A DNA stretch of 64,000 nucleotides from Patescibacteria group bacterium (GTDB lineage: Bacteria > Patescibacteriota > UBA1384 > UBA12157 > JAENIV01): positions 6,855 through 70,854 of the forward strand of contig JBEKTP010000001.1 in the NCBI GenBank assembly GCA_049515915.1, given 5' to 3'. Shown piece by piece: positions 27,534 through 37,739 of the stretch. Both the position numbers and the translations under genes were made by a program. The stretch's first letter is position 1; every line of letters starts with the position of its first letter. The notes below the pieces were generated by a model. The model was not told the origin of the DNA. It saw nothing but the letters and a program-made list of their open reading frames with translations, and made no database searches.

Positions 27534-27574
27534 CAGGGCAGTGGGCTCATGCCCCCTGCCCTGCTACTTTATTT
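27534..27574 (+). terminator. rho-independent terminator
   Basis: A GC hairpin CAGGGCAGTGGGCTCATGCCCCCTGCCCTG is followed by TTTATTTGG. Confidence 0.55.
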
Positions 27575-28501
27575 GGAGTTCAAAAGAAGACTTAAAATTG
27601 CCATACGGACATAGAGGCCGTTTTTTATTTGTTCTCGAAAATATAATGATCTTTTGTCCTTATCAACCGCCGGTTCAATCTCGTCAATGCGCGGCAAAGG
27701 ATGCATCAAAATCAGATCTTTTCTGGTTTTTTTCATGATGTTTTCATCAATCACATACCGCCCCTTATATTTTTGATATTGGGCCTGGCTTTTAAATCGC
27801 TCTTTTTGAATTCGCGTCATATATAAAATGTCGAGCTGATTGATATTTTTAATAAGATTTTCAGTTTCGATTATTTTAATCTTATTCTGACCGGTCCGGC
27901 CAATTTCCGCCGGCATTCTAAGCGCTTTAGGTGAAATCAAATAAAAATTTTTTAAACCGATTTTTATAAGCAATTTTAATAATGAATGGACCGTCCGACC
28001 GTTTTTTAAGTCCCCGACCAGCCCGACTTTAACTTCTCTTAGATTTTTAAAATGATTTAAAATCGTCATCGCATCAAGTAACGCTTGAGTTGGATGCTCG
28101 CCCGCCCCATCACCGGCGTTAATAATAGGCACTTTGCTCTTGGCCGCCGCTCTCTCCGCCGCCCCAATTACCGGGTGGCGGACAATTAAAATATCGGCAA
28201 GCTGTGAAAAAGTTTTAATCGTATCTTCAAATGTCTCCCCTTTCGCCACCGAGGAAAAATTCATCCCGGGCATCGCAATGACCTGGCCGCCCAAACGTTG
28301 CATGGCCGCCAGAAAGGAAGCAAAAGTCCGGCTCGATGGTTCGTAAAAAAGGGCCGCCGCAATTTTACCTTTCAGGCGCGGTGTGATTTTAGAAGTTTGA
28401 AACTGCCGCCGCATTTCGGCGGCTTTTTTAAAAATTAATTTTATATCCGCGTCGGAGAGCTGATCGATGGAGATTAGATTTCGAAAAGATAATTTATTCA
28501 T
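27569..28501 (-). CDS. pyrB: aspartate carbamoyltransferase catalytic subunit
   Basis: 310 aa with the carbamoyl-phosphate motif SSRTFASF (STRTR-type), HPTQ, and HPLP (MHPLPRID), which is diagnostic for ATCase over OTCase. Confidence 0.85.
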   Translation of the reverse strand: MNKLSFRNLISIDQLSDADIKLIFKKAAEMRRQFQTSKITPRLKGKIAAALFYEPSSRTFASFLAAMQRLGGQVIAMPGMNFSSVAKGETFEDTIKTFSQLADILIVRHPVIGAAERAAAKSKVPIINAGDGAGEHPTQALLDAMTILNHFKNLREVKVGLVGDLKNGRTVHSLLKLLIKIGLKNFYLISPKALRMPAEIGRTGQNKIKIIETENLIKNINQLDILYMTRIQKERFKSQAQYQKYKGRYVIDENIMKKTRKDLILMHPLPRIDEIEPAVDKDKRSLYFREQIKNGLYVRMAILSLLLNSK

Positions 28502-30197
28502 TTTTTATATCTACAATCTTCAATTGAGGTTTTGACTCCCCGCCCCAAGTATCCTCATCGATCGTGAAGGCCAAATCTATTACTTGATTTTTTAAGTGAT
28601 CGGAAAAAGCGGCCAGATCAAACGCGATCGCTCTAAGATCTCCGACCTTAAAACTTAAATGCTTATCTTCTCTGCCGACCGTTCTCACATCGGTCGCTTT
28701 AATATTTTCTAAAGTAAAGACGGGTCGCGGATTGCCCAGACCAAACGGTTCGAGCTTTTTCAGAGACTGAAGTAAGCGATTGGTAATTTCTTTCTCCGAA
28801 ATTTTAGCCTCAATTTTTATTTTCGGGACTAAATCCTTATCTTTAAGTTTGACCGCCGCAATTTGAAGCAACTGGTCATAAAGGCTTTCCATTTTCGAAA
28901 GTTCGAAAGTCAGACCGGCCGCTTTGGCGTGACCGCCAAAAGAGGTCAACAATTGATTCGATTCTTCGAGCGCTTCAATAATGTTATAGCCATCAATTGA
29001 TCTGGCCGAACCGCGAAAATCCTTTTCTCTTTTTTCACAAACAATGACCGGGCGGGCATATTCCTCCATCAATTTGCCAGCCACCAGGCCAATAATCCCG
29101 TGCGGCCAATCCCGTCCAGAAACGATAATAACTTTTTTTTGATCCAAGCCATCTTGAATAACTTTCTCTTTGGCTGATTTTAAGACGCGATCCAATTCGC
29201 TTTGACGAAGACGATTAATTTGATCAAGTTTTGCCGCGAGCGCCGTTGCCTCTTTGGGGTCTTTGGAGATTAATAAATAAAAACTTTGATTGGCGTGAGC
29301 CATTCGGCCCGGCGCGTTTAATCTTGGCCCGATTTGAAAACCAACCGTGTAAGTATCGATTTTTTCCGGCTCGATACTCGCGGCTTGATAAAGTTTCAAA
29401 AGTCCGATTCTTTTGGTTTTTCTCAAAACGATTAAACCGAATTTGGCAAAAATCCGATTTTCGTCAACCAGCGGCACGATATCGCAGATGGTTGAAATGG
29501 CGACCAGATCTAAGAGCCATTTTAAATAGGGAATATTAATTTTATTAAATTTCTTTGATAAAGCTTGGGCCAGCTTAAAGGCCACGCCACAGCCAGAAAG
29601 CTCGCAAAAAGGATACTTGTCCCCTTTTTGTTTAGGATTAACGACAATACAATCGGGAATTTTTTCGCCTGGTTCGTGGTGATCCAAAATAATCGTTTCG
29701 ATGCCATTTTCTTTAGCATATCCAACTTGATCGAAACTCCGAATCCCCAGATCAACCGTTACCATTAAAGTGACTTTTGCTTTGGCGAATATGTCAATCC
29801 CCTCTTTGTTTAAGCCGTAACCTTCGCTTCGCGAAGGAATATAAGGCACGACTTTCAGCTCAAGTTTAGAAAAGAGATCATAAAGTAACGCCAACCCCGG
29901 AATACCGTCAGCATCGTAATCGCCGAAAATCCCGACAATTTCCTTTTGCAAGACTGCCTGTTCGATTCTTGCGACCGCTTCTTTCATGCCTTTCATCAAT
30001 AAAGGATCGTGCAAACCTTTTTCAAAATCGGGATTTAAAAAAGAGTCCCAATCCTCCTTTTCGATATGACGATTAATAAGCAGCTGCTCAATAACACTTT
30101 CAGATTTTTTAGGTAAAACAACCCAACGTTTAGTCAAATTTTTCCTCGATGATTTCTTGCCCTGAACCCATTGTGGTTTAGGGTTAGTTCGATTCAA
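28494..30197 (-). CDS. recJ: single-stranded-DNA-specific exonuclease RecJ
   Basis: 567 aa with DHH (GDYDADGI) and DHHA1 domains and a C-terminal OB-like region. Confidence 0.85.
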   Translation of the reverse strand: MNRTNPKPQWVQGKKSSRKNLTKRWVVLPKKSESVIEQLLINRHIEKEDWDSFLNPDFEKGLHDPLLMKGMKEAVARIEQAVLQKEIVGIFGDYDADGIPGLALLYDLFSKLELKVVPYIPSRSEGYGLNKEGIDIFAKAKVTLMVTVDLGIRSFDQVGYAKENGIETIILDHHEPGEKIPDCIVVNPKQKGDKYPFCELSGCGVAFKLAQALSKKFNKINIPYLKWLLDLVAISTICDIVPLVDENRIFAKFGLIVLRKTKRIGLLKLYQAASIEPEKIDTYTVGFQIGPRLNAPGRMAHANQSFYLLISKDPKEATALAAKLDQINRLRQSELDRVLKSAKEKVIQDGLDQKKVIIVSGRDWPHGIIGLVAGKLMEEYARPVIVCEKREKDFRGSARSIDGYNIIEALEESNQLLTSFGGHAKAAGLTFELSKMESLYDQLLQIAAVKLKDKDLVPKIKIEAKISEKEITNRLLQSLKKLEPFGLGNPRPVFTLENIKATDVRTVGREDKHLSFKVGDLRAIAFDLAAFSDHLKNQVIDLAFTIDEDTWGGESKPQLKIVDIKNE

Positions 30198-30211
30198 TTA
30201 TATAACAAATA

Positions 30212-32218
30212 CTAATAAAGCAGGACAGCCCCACCGCAATATCTAAAAATGATTAAAACACCGGCGATCAAAAACGGAACAATAAAAGCAGCGTATGTTA
30301 CGTAAAATACATATCTGGACGGTTTTTTAAAGTTTAGCTCAAGCAGCAATAGCGGTCCGGCGAAAAAATAATAAAAGTAAATAAAATATAAATATCTAAA
30401 AAGGGGTGATATCACAAAAATAAACCAAAAAGGCAATTGGGCGAGAATAAAAAAACTTGAACGCGCTGAAAGCGGCACCCACCGATACAAAAGAAAAATG
30501 ATAGTTAAAAATATAACCGGGTAGAGCAAATTAAAAATTGCCGGTCTTATGGGACTGATGAAAGCGATAATTTTTTGTTGGATCGTAAAAAATTTTTTGA
30601 CCGGGTTAAATTTAATATATAATCCAGTACCACCGTTCCAATCCCATAAATAGCTTTGAATGCCGGGATTACTCCAGTAATGGTTGACCCACGTCAACGC
30701 CTCGTTGGGATAGTTAGAATCCAGCATGGTTGTAAAAAGCCGAGTTCTTTCGGCGAGAAAAAGAGGCAGGTTTTGCCAGATTCTTTGATAAAACATTTTA
30801 TTAAATTGGTTAATATCTGATTGGTTTAATTGGAGGTTGAGCGTGCCAGAAAGGGGCGCCCCGTTATTTGGATCGTAATATTCTTCAATATTTTTTAATC
30901 CGATGACCTTATCAACAATGGCGCGATCCCCCGTCGGATTGTCAGAAATATATTTATTGGATAGAATCAGGGCGGCCATCGGATGAAATTTCCAGGCGAG
31001 ATTAGATTCCACTTTTGACCAACGGGGAATATTAAAAACTGCCGGAATAACAAATTTAAAAAATATCAAAAATATTAACGAGACGATGGCAAAAGTTATA
31101 AATGTTTTTTTACTCATCAGGCGACCCCACACAATTACCAATGGCAAAACTAAAAGATAGAGGTAACCGTTGTGACGAATAAGCACCACCAAAATAAAAA
31201 GCAACGATAGGATAAATATTTTTTTAAAACTGAAATTCGTTTTGATGCCTAATTTTTGACGATAACCCAGATAAAAAAGATAAAAACCCCAGAAGACGAC
31301 TAAAAGACTGAAGGGAATGTCTTTCCAGATTGTGATGTTTAGCAAGCCGATGGGGATCGAGAAAATAAAAAGTAAGTAAAATGGCAAAATAAGATAAAAT
31401 TTAATCCCGTTTTTGTAGACGAAATAGAATATATAGCTTGCGAGAGCCGAAGTGGCTAAAATTTGAAAAACAGAAACCGCCGCGAAGGAATCATGAAACT
31501 GCATCAAGGCCATCAGATACAACGTGCTCAAATACGGAAAGGCGTTCGTGATCTCGAAAGTTTTTGTTTGGATTAATTGATTAAAGGAATCGCTGGTGGC
31601 TGCGCCGGGCCATTGCCCGAGTAACCAAAATGAAAAAACTGCGCAAGCAATAAAAAACATTGCCCAAAAAACCCAACGCTGATTTTCAAAAAAAATATAT
31701 TTAATAAAATTTTTCCAATTCAAGCCAAGTCGAGATTTAAAGACAAGAAGTTCGTAAGCTGGCCATCCTATAAGGATGGCCAGCATTATCTGAACTAATA
31801 ATAAAAGAATTCTCGGACTTTCTAATTTTCGCGGATCAATTTGAGCGGAGGCGACATTAGATTTAATTTCGAACGGAATTGAGGTTCCCGACTTCAAAAT
31901 GACTATTTTCCCAGATTCAAGATTAACTTTTTGACCATTACTGATAACCTTAACGCTTTTTAAGGGAAGTTGAGGCAATAAAAAATCTACATCGAGAGTA
32001 CTTTCTTTAATCGAAATAGATCTTTTTTCAATTTCGTTGTATCCCCTCCCGGCATCCCAACTAATTTGAAACGTAGTTCCCGCCGGAAAATTACCGTCAA
32101 GATTTATATAAGAGGGCCCAAAGTAATGGTTTCTTAAAAAGAAAAATAAAAAGAAGCCGACGAAAAACACAAAAGCAATTAATAAGTTTTTCTTTGAACT
32201 TCTAAAAAATGACTTCAT
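30212..32218 (-). CDS. large polytopic membrane protein (>=12 TM) with N-terminal extracytoplasmic domain
   Basis: 668 aa. Hydrophobicity shows one N-terminal TM, a ~130-aa soluble domain, then many TM helices. It is possibly glycosyltransferase/polymerase-like, but no motif was confirmed. Confidence 0.5.
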   Translation of the reverse strand: MKSFFRSSKKNLLIAFVFFVGFFLFFFLRNHYFGPSYINLDGNFPAGTTFQISWDAGRGYNEIEKRSISIKESTLDVDFLLPQLPLKSVKVISNGQKVNLESGKIVILKSGTSIPFEIKSNVASAQIDPRKLESPRILLLLVQIMLAILIGWPAYELLVFKSRLGLNWKNFIKYIFFENQRWVFWAMFFIACAVFSFWLLGQWPGAATSDSFNQLIQTKTFEITNAFPYLSTLYLMALMQFHDSFAAVSVFQILATSALASYIFYFVYKNGIKFYLILPFYLLFIFSIPIGLLNITIWKDIPFSLLVVFWGFYLFYLGYRQKLGIKTNFSFKKIFILSLLFILVVLIRHNGYLYLLVLPLVIVWGRLMSKKTFITFAIVSLIFLIFFKFVIPAVFNIPRWSKVESNLAWKFHPMAALILSNKYISDNPTGDRAIVDKVIGLKNIEEYYDPNNGAPLSGTLNLQLNQSDINQFNKMFYQRIWQNLPLFLAERTRLFTTMLDSNYPNEALTWVNHYWSNPGIQSYLWDWNGGTGLYIKFNPVKKFFTIQQKIIAFISPIRPAIFNLLYPVIFLTIIFLLYRWVPLSARSSFFILAQLPFWFIFVISPLFRYLYFIYFYYFFAGPLLLLELNFKKPSRYVFYVTYAAFIVPFLIAGVLIIFRYCGGAVLLY

Positions 32219-32250
32219 CTTACATTAAGCGTATCAAAAAATCACTTTCC

Positions 32251-33015
32251 TTATTTATAAAAAACTTTGCCGGCGACGCGGAGATCAATATATTGAGTCG
32301 CCTCGTTGGCATGATCTTTTAAAAATGCCGTCAGTTCAGACATTTGGTCATCAACGGATCGAGTGATGTCAAACTTAATTAAGATGCCGCTTTTTAAGGC
32401 CGCGTCGACTTGGAAAGTTGTTTCGTTAATTTCAAAATGATCAACCGGCAGGCCATTTGCGTCGAGCTTCGATTTTACTGAGGAAACAAATTTAATAAAG
32501 TTATCGGTGACGACTTGCTGTTCCGATTTAACCAGTAAACTTTTATTATCTTTGACGACAATTAAACCGCCCGGGTCTGACACTTCAATATAGGCCGTGC
32601 CCAAAGCATCAACTAAATAAAATTGCGCGCCAGTTTGCCAGACTAAGACCGGTGAACGCTGACTGAAGGTTACTTTAATCGCATCAGGGATGCCTCTGGC
32701 GACATTAATACTGACCAGTTCCGGATATTTTGCCAATAAATTATCGCGAATGGCGTTTGGCTGAAAAGTAAAAATATTCTGACCTTTATACTGGGCCAAA
32801 TACTGAGTCACTTGCGGCGGCATATTTTGATCAACAATGATATTTTTAATTTGAAAATAGGGGGACTGAAATATGAAATAATAAATTCCACCTAATAAAA
32901 TCAATATCAGAATTGGTTTGTAAAGTTTAACCCGACGCTTTTTTTTCGGCGGCTCGAAGGGAAGATTGAAAACTTTCGGGTTCCGATACGCATTTTGATT
33001 AGGAGTTCGATTCAA
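32251..33015 (-). CDS. ftsQ: cell division protein FtsQ/DivIB (POTRA domain)
   Basis: 254 aa with a basic N-terminus, a single TM and POTRA-like beta-rich periplasmic part. It is positioned after murB in the dcw cluster. Confidence 0.7.
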   Translation of the reverse strand: MNRTPNQNAYRNPKVFNLPFEPPKKKRRVKLYKPILILILLGGIYYFIFQSPYFQIKNIIVDQNMPPQVTQYLAQYKGQNIFTFQPNAIRDNLLAKYPELVSINVARGIPDAIKVTFSQRSPVLVWQTGAQFYLVDALGTAYIEVSDPGGLIVVKDNKSLLVKSEQQVVTDNFIKFVSSVKSKLDANGLPVDHFEINETTFQVDAALKSGILIKFDITRSVDDQMSELTAFLKDHANEATQYIDLRVAGKVFYK

Positions 33016-33045
33016 ACCTCTCCTTGCTGAAAAAAATTTACTTTA

Positions 33046-34038
33046 CTACCATTGACCGATATATTCGATTTCTTCTTCTAAAGTGATGCCGTATTTTTGG
33101 CGGACGCGTTCGCGCATTTCTTCAATGAGTGAACGAATTTCGGTCGCTTTGGCCCCATTTTTACTTAACACCCAATTGGCATGTTTGGGGGAAACTTCAA
33201 CGGTCGAATATTTCAGTCGTTTAGCGTCCGCTTGATCAAGCATAAACCCGGCCGTTCTTTCCGGAGGAAGCTCCGGCATGCCTTTGGTGCCCGATCCGAT
33301 GACGTTAATTAAAGAGTCAGGAATGGGATTTTTAAAGATACTGCCCGTCGTCAAACCGACGGGTTGGGTGCGGCGACGATATTCTTGATATTCTTTCAGA
33401 TGTCTCATTAGCTTTTCTTTTTGAATCCGAGAAAACTGAAATCTGACCGTTAAAATAACCGGTTTCGTTTTCGATTTGAGGTTTTTTAATTTCGTTTGAC
33501 GATAGCCAAAATTCATCCAGGCCCCATCGACTTGAACGACTTTAGGCAAATTATCTTTGGGGTCAATTTTTAAAAGAGTTAGGCTTTTGACATAACTCCC
33601 GATGGCCGAACCGTGCGCCCCCGCATTGCCGTAAACCGCCCCGCCCACTGTCCCGGGCACGCCGTATAAAAATTCTAATCCCGAAAGATCATGCGAAACT
33701 GATTCCATAATAAGTTTCGTTAAGATGACGCCACTATCGGCAATGACTTGGCTTTTTTCGATCATGAAAGCCACCCGAGCCGCCATGTTTTTAATCACTA
33801 AACCAGGAAAACCATAATCGGAAAAAAGAATATTCGAACCATTACCAAGAATAAAATAAGACAACTTTTGGTTGACGGCCACCTTGACGGCTTTAATTAA
33901 ATCTTCAACCGATTTAGCTTCATAAAAATAGTCAGCGACGCCGCCCACTTTAAAAGTGTTAAAATCTCTCATCACGACTTGTTCTTTCGCCCCCGGCAAA
34001 AGATCGGTAATTTTCTTAGCCATTTTTAAGCACCTCAT
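33046..34038 (-). CDS. murB: UDP-N-acetylenolpyruvoylglucosamine reductase
   Basis: 330 aa with an FAD-binding PCMH-type domain (FKVGGVADYF, GNGSN). An alternative start MAKKIT lies at 34023. Confidence 0.85.
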   Translation of the reverse strand: MRCLKMAKKITDLLPGAKEQVVMRDFNTFKVGGVADYFYEAKSVEDLIKAVKVAVNQKLSYFILGNGSNILFSDYGFPGLVIKNMAARVAFMIEKSQVIADSGVILTKLIMESVSHDLSGLEFLYGVPGTVGGAVYGNAGAHGSAIGSYVKSLTLLKIDPKDNLPKVVQVDGAWMNFGYRQTKLKNLKSKTKPVILTVRFQFSRIQKEKLMRHLKEYQEYRRRTQPVGLTTGSIFKNPIPDSLINVIGSGTKGMPELPPERTAGFMLDQADAKRLKYSTVEVSPKHANWVLSKNGAKATEIRSLIEEMRERVRQKYGITLEEEIEYIGQW

Positions 34039-35416
34039 AGATTCGATCTTGCAGTTTATAGATATCCCCCGCGCCCATCGTCACAATCACGGTTGGCTTC
34101 TTGATATTGTCATTGATTTCCTCGGCAATTTTCTCCCAATCATCAATGAATTTAACATTATGTTGATGCTTGCGTACTTCCAAAGCTAATTCCTGTCCGG
34201 TGATTGTCTGATCTTGCTCGCGCGCCGAGGCGTAAATATCGGTGACGATGACTTTATCAGCTAAATCAAAGGCTTGAGCAAACTCCCGCAGCAGCCCCCG
34301 CGTGCGTGAATAAGTATGGGGCTGAAAAATACACCATATTTTTGCTTTCGGATTCTTTTTTTTAATCGCCTCAAGCGTCAAAGAAATAGCGCGGGGATGA
34401 TGAGCATAATCATCCATTAAGACCACTTCATCAAATTTTCGAATAATTTCAAAGCGTCTTTTTATGCCGCTGAATTCGGCCAGACTTTTTTTAATCAAAG
34501 TTTCTGAAATTCCTAACTTCAAAGCCAAGACGGCCGCCGCGGCGGCGTTGAGGACATTACCTTTGCCGGGCATTTTAAGACTAAAAGGGCCGAAGATTTT
34601 TTCATCGTGTTGGATATTAAAAGAGGTCTTTTCTTCATTTTCAACTAAATCAACCACCTGCCATTTGGCCTCTGGTAAAAAACCGTATGTTTCAAAAACC
34701 CGATCGGCAATGGTATTAGCCAACTTTCTGGCTTTAGCATAATCAGCGCAAAGAACGATGAAACCATTTCTCGGGAGAAGGCAAGCAAAATCATAGAAAG
34801 CCTTAAAAACTTCTTCCTCCGTCGCAAACATATCAGGATGATCTAGCTCAATACTGGTGATAACTTCGATTGCCGGCGAAAGATCTAAAAATTTTGGCGT
34901 CGGATCATCTTGGCTTTTTTTATATTCATCCGCTTCTAAGACAAAATATTCTCCTTGTCCGTGATGCGCGCTGCCTCCTAAGGAAGCGACAATGCCGGCA
35001 CCAATCAAATAACTCGGATCTAAATTAGCGCGTGAAAGAATAAAACTGACCATCGCCGTGGTCGTTGTTTTTCCATGGATGCCACCGACGGCGATCACTT
35101 TTGAACTTTTCGAAAAATGAGCTACCGCTTCGGAATAGGAAATTATTTCAAGATGCTGCCGATGAGCTTCTTTGACTTCGATATTATTTTTATCGTAGGC
35201 GGCGGAGACAACCACTAAATCTGGTTTGGTTTTGAGATTTGCGACGTCAAATTCAAAAACGGGAATTTGAGCTTTTTGTAATTCCTCATCGGTCACAAAA
35301 GTGTTCGCTTCATCGGAACCGGTCACGGTCGACCCCATTTCCTGAGCCAAGATGGCCAGGGCGGCCATGCCCACCCCTTTAATGCCGATAAAATGAATTG
35401 TTTGAAAATTTGTCAT
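34016..35416 (-). CDS. murC: UDP-N-acetylmuramate--L-alanine ligase
   Basis: 466 aa with an N-terminal Rossmann segment (HFIGIKGVGMAALA) and a Mur ligase P-loop (GIHGKTTTTAM). Confidence 0.9.
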   Translation of the reverse strand: MTNFQTIHFIGIKGVGMAALAILAQEMGSTVTGSDEANTFVTDEELQKAQIPVFEFDVANLKTKPDLVVVSAAYDKNNIEVKEAHRQHLEIISYSEAVAHFSKSSKVIAVGGIHGKTTTTAMVSFILSRANLDPSYLIGAGIVASLGGSAHHGQGEYFVLEADEYKKSQDDPTPKFLDLSPAIEVITSIELDHPDMFATEEEVFKAFYDFACLLPRNGFIVLCADYAKARKLANTIADRVFETYGFLPEAKWQVVDLVENEEKTSFNIQHDEKIFGPFSLKMPGKGNVLNAAAAAVLALKLGISETLIKKSLAEFSGIKRRFEIIRKFDEVVLMDDYAHHPRAISLTLEAIKKKNPKAKIWCIFQPHTYSRTRGLLREFAQAFDLADKVIVTDIYASAREQDQTITGQELALEVRKHQHNVKFIDDWEKIAEEINDNIKKPTVIVTMGAGDIYKLQDRIYEVLKNG

Positions 35417-35479
35417 TTAAAAATTTGTTATTTTAAAATTTGTCATTTAATCTTCTCACATTTTAACCTAAATTGACCG

Positions 35480-36718
35480 TTAAATCCAGCCTTTCAGCCA
35501 AATCCGGTGATAAAAAGCCGGCGAGCTGATGGGCCAGCCGATCCAGATCGGGAGAAAATAAACGTATAAAATAATCAAAATTGAAAAATATAAGCCGACC
35601 AGCCATTGACCACCTTCGATTTTCGTTAATTTGTCAAGATAATAGGCAATGCCCAAACTTAAAAAAAGAAATGACGGAATGGCATGGTAGATGAATAAAA
35701 CTCTTTTCACCAAAGCCCAGGGCAACCAAAAGATCAAAAAGGCAGCGAGAATGACTAAACTGGTCTTATCTTTGTTCCTAATCCCGTCGTAAATCATTAA
35801 AGGCACAATAATCAAAGCCGACCACCAACTCAAAGGATTACCCATCCCCACCACCCCCACATATTTACCATTGACTGATTGAAAATACAACCAAATCGGA
35901 CGGAGCATCAAAAACCATGTCCACCATTTCGAACCGTAAGGATGAGTGGCGGTCAAATGAAAATTATAGCCGAGACTTTGTAAATGCCATTGATAGACCT
36001 GTTGGAAAAAATCTCGACCATGAAAATTAAACAAGAAAAAGCTCAAGTAAATAGCGCCCGGTAGAAGAATTAAAGCCAAAAAATAATCATAAATAAATTT
36101 TTTGAAAGGAATTTTTTTAATCAGACCAACTAAGATAAAAATAAAAAACAGAGAAAAGCCATTATATTTGACCGAAGCGGCCAGACCCATGAGCGCCCCG
36201 GCCAAAACCAGATTATAAAATTTTAGATTTTTCGTAAATTTTAAAAAGGCCAAAAAGGAAGCGACAATGAAAAAGGATAAGAAAATATCCATCAGCCCCA
36301 GCCGCGAATAGACGGTCAGCATGCCGTCAAAAGTGATGACCGCGGCGGCAAAGATGCCCGCCAATTTTCCGCCTAATTCTTTGCCGGCAAGATACATGAG
36401 CGGTATTAAAAGAGTGCCAAAAACGACCGACATCATCCGCCAGCCAAACGGTGAGTCGCCAAAAACTTTAATGCCCGAGGCAATGATGAGTTTTCCTAAA
36501 GGCGGATGAATATCAAAAAAAGTGACTCCGTGCAAATAATCCTTGGCAAAGTTAACAAAATAAACCTCATCAAAAATCAAGCTTTTAATTTGACCAAGAT
36601 GATAGATCCGAACTAAAAATCCAATCAAAGTGAGTAAGCCAACAAGAATCCAAGGACGTTGAAAAATATTTTGACAAAATCTATTTTTCATAAGTCGCCT
36701 CAAAAATCGCATCGACAA
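35480..36718 (-). CDS. GT-C fold glycosyltransferase, family 39/83-like (PMT/ArnT-type)
   Basis: 412 aa. A first-loop DE motif (IFDEVYF) and DIHPPLGK are present, followed by >=9 TM helices. It lies between murG and murC. Confidence 0.7.
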   Translation of the reverse strand: MSMRFLRRLMKNRFCQNIFQRPWILVGLLTLIGFLVRIYHLGQIKSLIFDEVYFVNFAKDYLHGVTFFDIHPPLGKLIIASGIKVFGDSPFGWRMMSVVFGTLLIPLMYLAGKELGGKLAGIFAAAVITFDGMLTVYSRLGLMDIFLSFFIVASFLAFLKFTKNLKFYNLVLAGALMGLAASVKYNGFSLFFIFILVGLIKKIPFKKFIYDYFLALILLPGAIYLSFFLFNFHGRDFFQQVYQWHLQSLGYNFHLTATHPYGSKWWTWFLMLRPIWLYFQSVNGKYVGVVGMGNPLSWWSALIIVPLMIYDGIRNKDKTSLVILAAFLIFWLPWALVKRVLFIYHAIPSFLFLSLGIAYYLDKLTKIEGGQWLVGLYFSILIILYVYFLPIWIGWPISSPAFYHRIWLKGWI

Positions 36719-37739
36719 TTTCCGCCACGGCTTGCGGTCTGGCCAAAGCCGCCGCGTGATGACCCAAAAGATCTCGGAGTGAATCGTCGGCCATCAAATC
36801 ATTAATAATGCTTTCAAGCGAACTAGCCGTCAGACCGGCTTCGGAACAGACGATGGCCGCGTTTAAATCGGTATAAACTTTGGCGTTTTTAGTCTGATGG
36901 TTGTTAGCCGATTCGGGCAAGGGAATAATGATGGCGGCTTTTTTCGCCGCGGAAATTTCGGCCAAGGTGCTAGCTCCCGCTCGGGTGACCACCAAATCCG
37001 CGTCGCGGACTAACTTCGACATTTCATAAGAAAAATCAAAAAGATGATAGCTCGGATGCTTAAACTGTGACAATTCTTCATAATCCCCTTCGCCGGAAAG
37101 ATGCCAAACTTCATATTTTTCAATCAATTTCGGCAGGATTTCAGAAATCACTTTATTAATTCGCCTCGAACCTTGCGAGCCGCCGGTGATTAATAACTTT
37201 TTGGTTTCTCCGGTTTTAACCGGCGTTTGATAAAAGTCAGTCTTAATCGGGATACCGGTATAGATTAATCTCTCCAACGGCACCGTTAAATTGGCGTAGT
37301 ATTTGACCGGAAAACCTAAGCAGATTTTTTTCGCTCGCGGCGCCGCCCATAAATTAGCTTGTCCCATGACCGAATCTGATTCGTGAATCACTAAAGGCAC
37401 TTTAAAAAATTTCGCCCAGAAAATGACCGGCACGGTGACATAGCCGCCTTTGGCAAAAATGACCGCCGGTCGAAAAAAAAGGAATAAGAAATATGATTGT
37501 AAAATGCCTAAACCGGTTTTAAAAACATCAAAAATATTGAGGATTGACGAATAGGCTCTTTTTTTGCCCGCGATAATTCGCTTAAAGGTAATCCCCGATT
37601 TTTGCGATAATTCCTTTTCGATTTTAGCCGAACCAACGTATAAAACCTGGTTGCGCTTATTTTTAGAGAGGGCTTCCGCCACCAGAATGACCGGCCAAGC
37701 ATGGCCGGCCGTGCCGCCGCCACAAAGTAAGATTTTCAT
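36681..37739 (-). CDS. murG: undecaprenyldiphospho-muramoylpentapeptide beta-N-acetylglucosaminyltransferase
   Basis: 352 aa with an N-terminal GGGTAGH motif and GT28 architecture. Confidence 0.85.
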   Translation of the reverse strand: MKILLCGGGTAGHAWPVILVAEALSKNKRNQVLYVGSAKIEKELSQKSGITFKRIIAGKKRAYSSILNIFDVFKTGLGILQSYFLFLFFRPAVIFAKGGYVTVPVIFWAKFFKVPLVIHESDSVMGQANLWAAPRAKKICLGFPVKYYANLTVPLERLIYTGIPIKTDFYQTPVKTGETKKLLITGGSQGSRRINKVISEILPKLIEKYEVWHLSGEGDYEELSQFKHPSYHLFDFSYEMSKLVRDADLVVTRAGASTLAEISAAKKAAIIIPLPESANNHQTKNAKVYTDLNAAIVCSEAGLTASSLESIINDLMADDSLRDLLGHHAAALARPQAVAEIVDAIFEATYEK

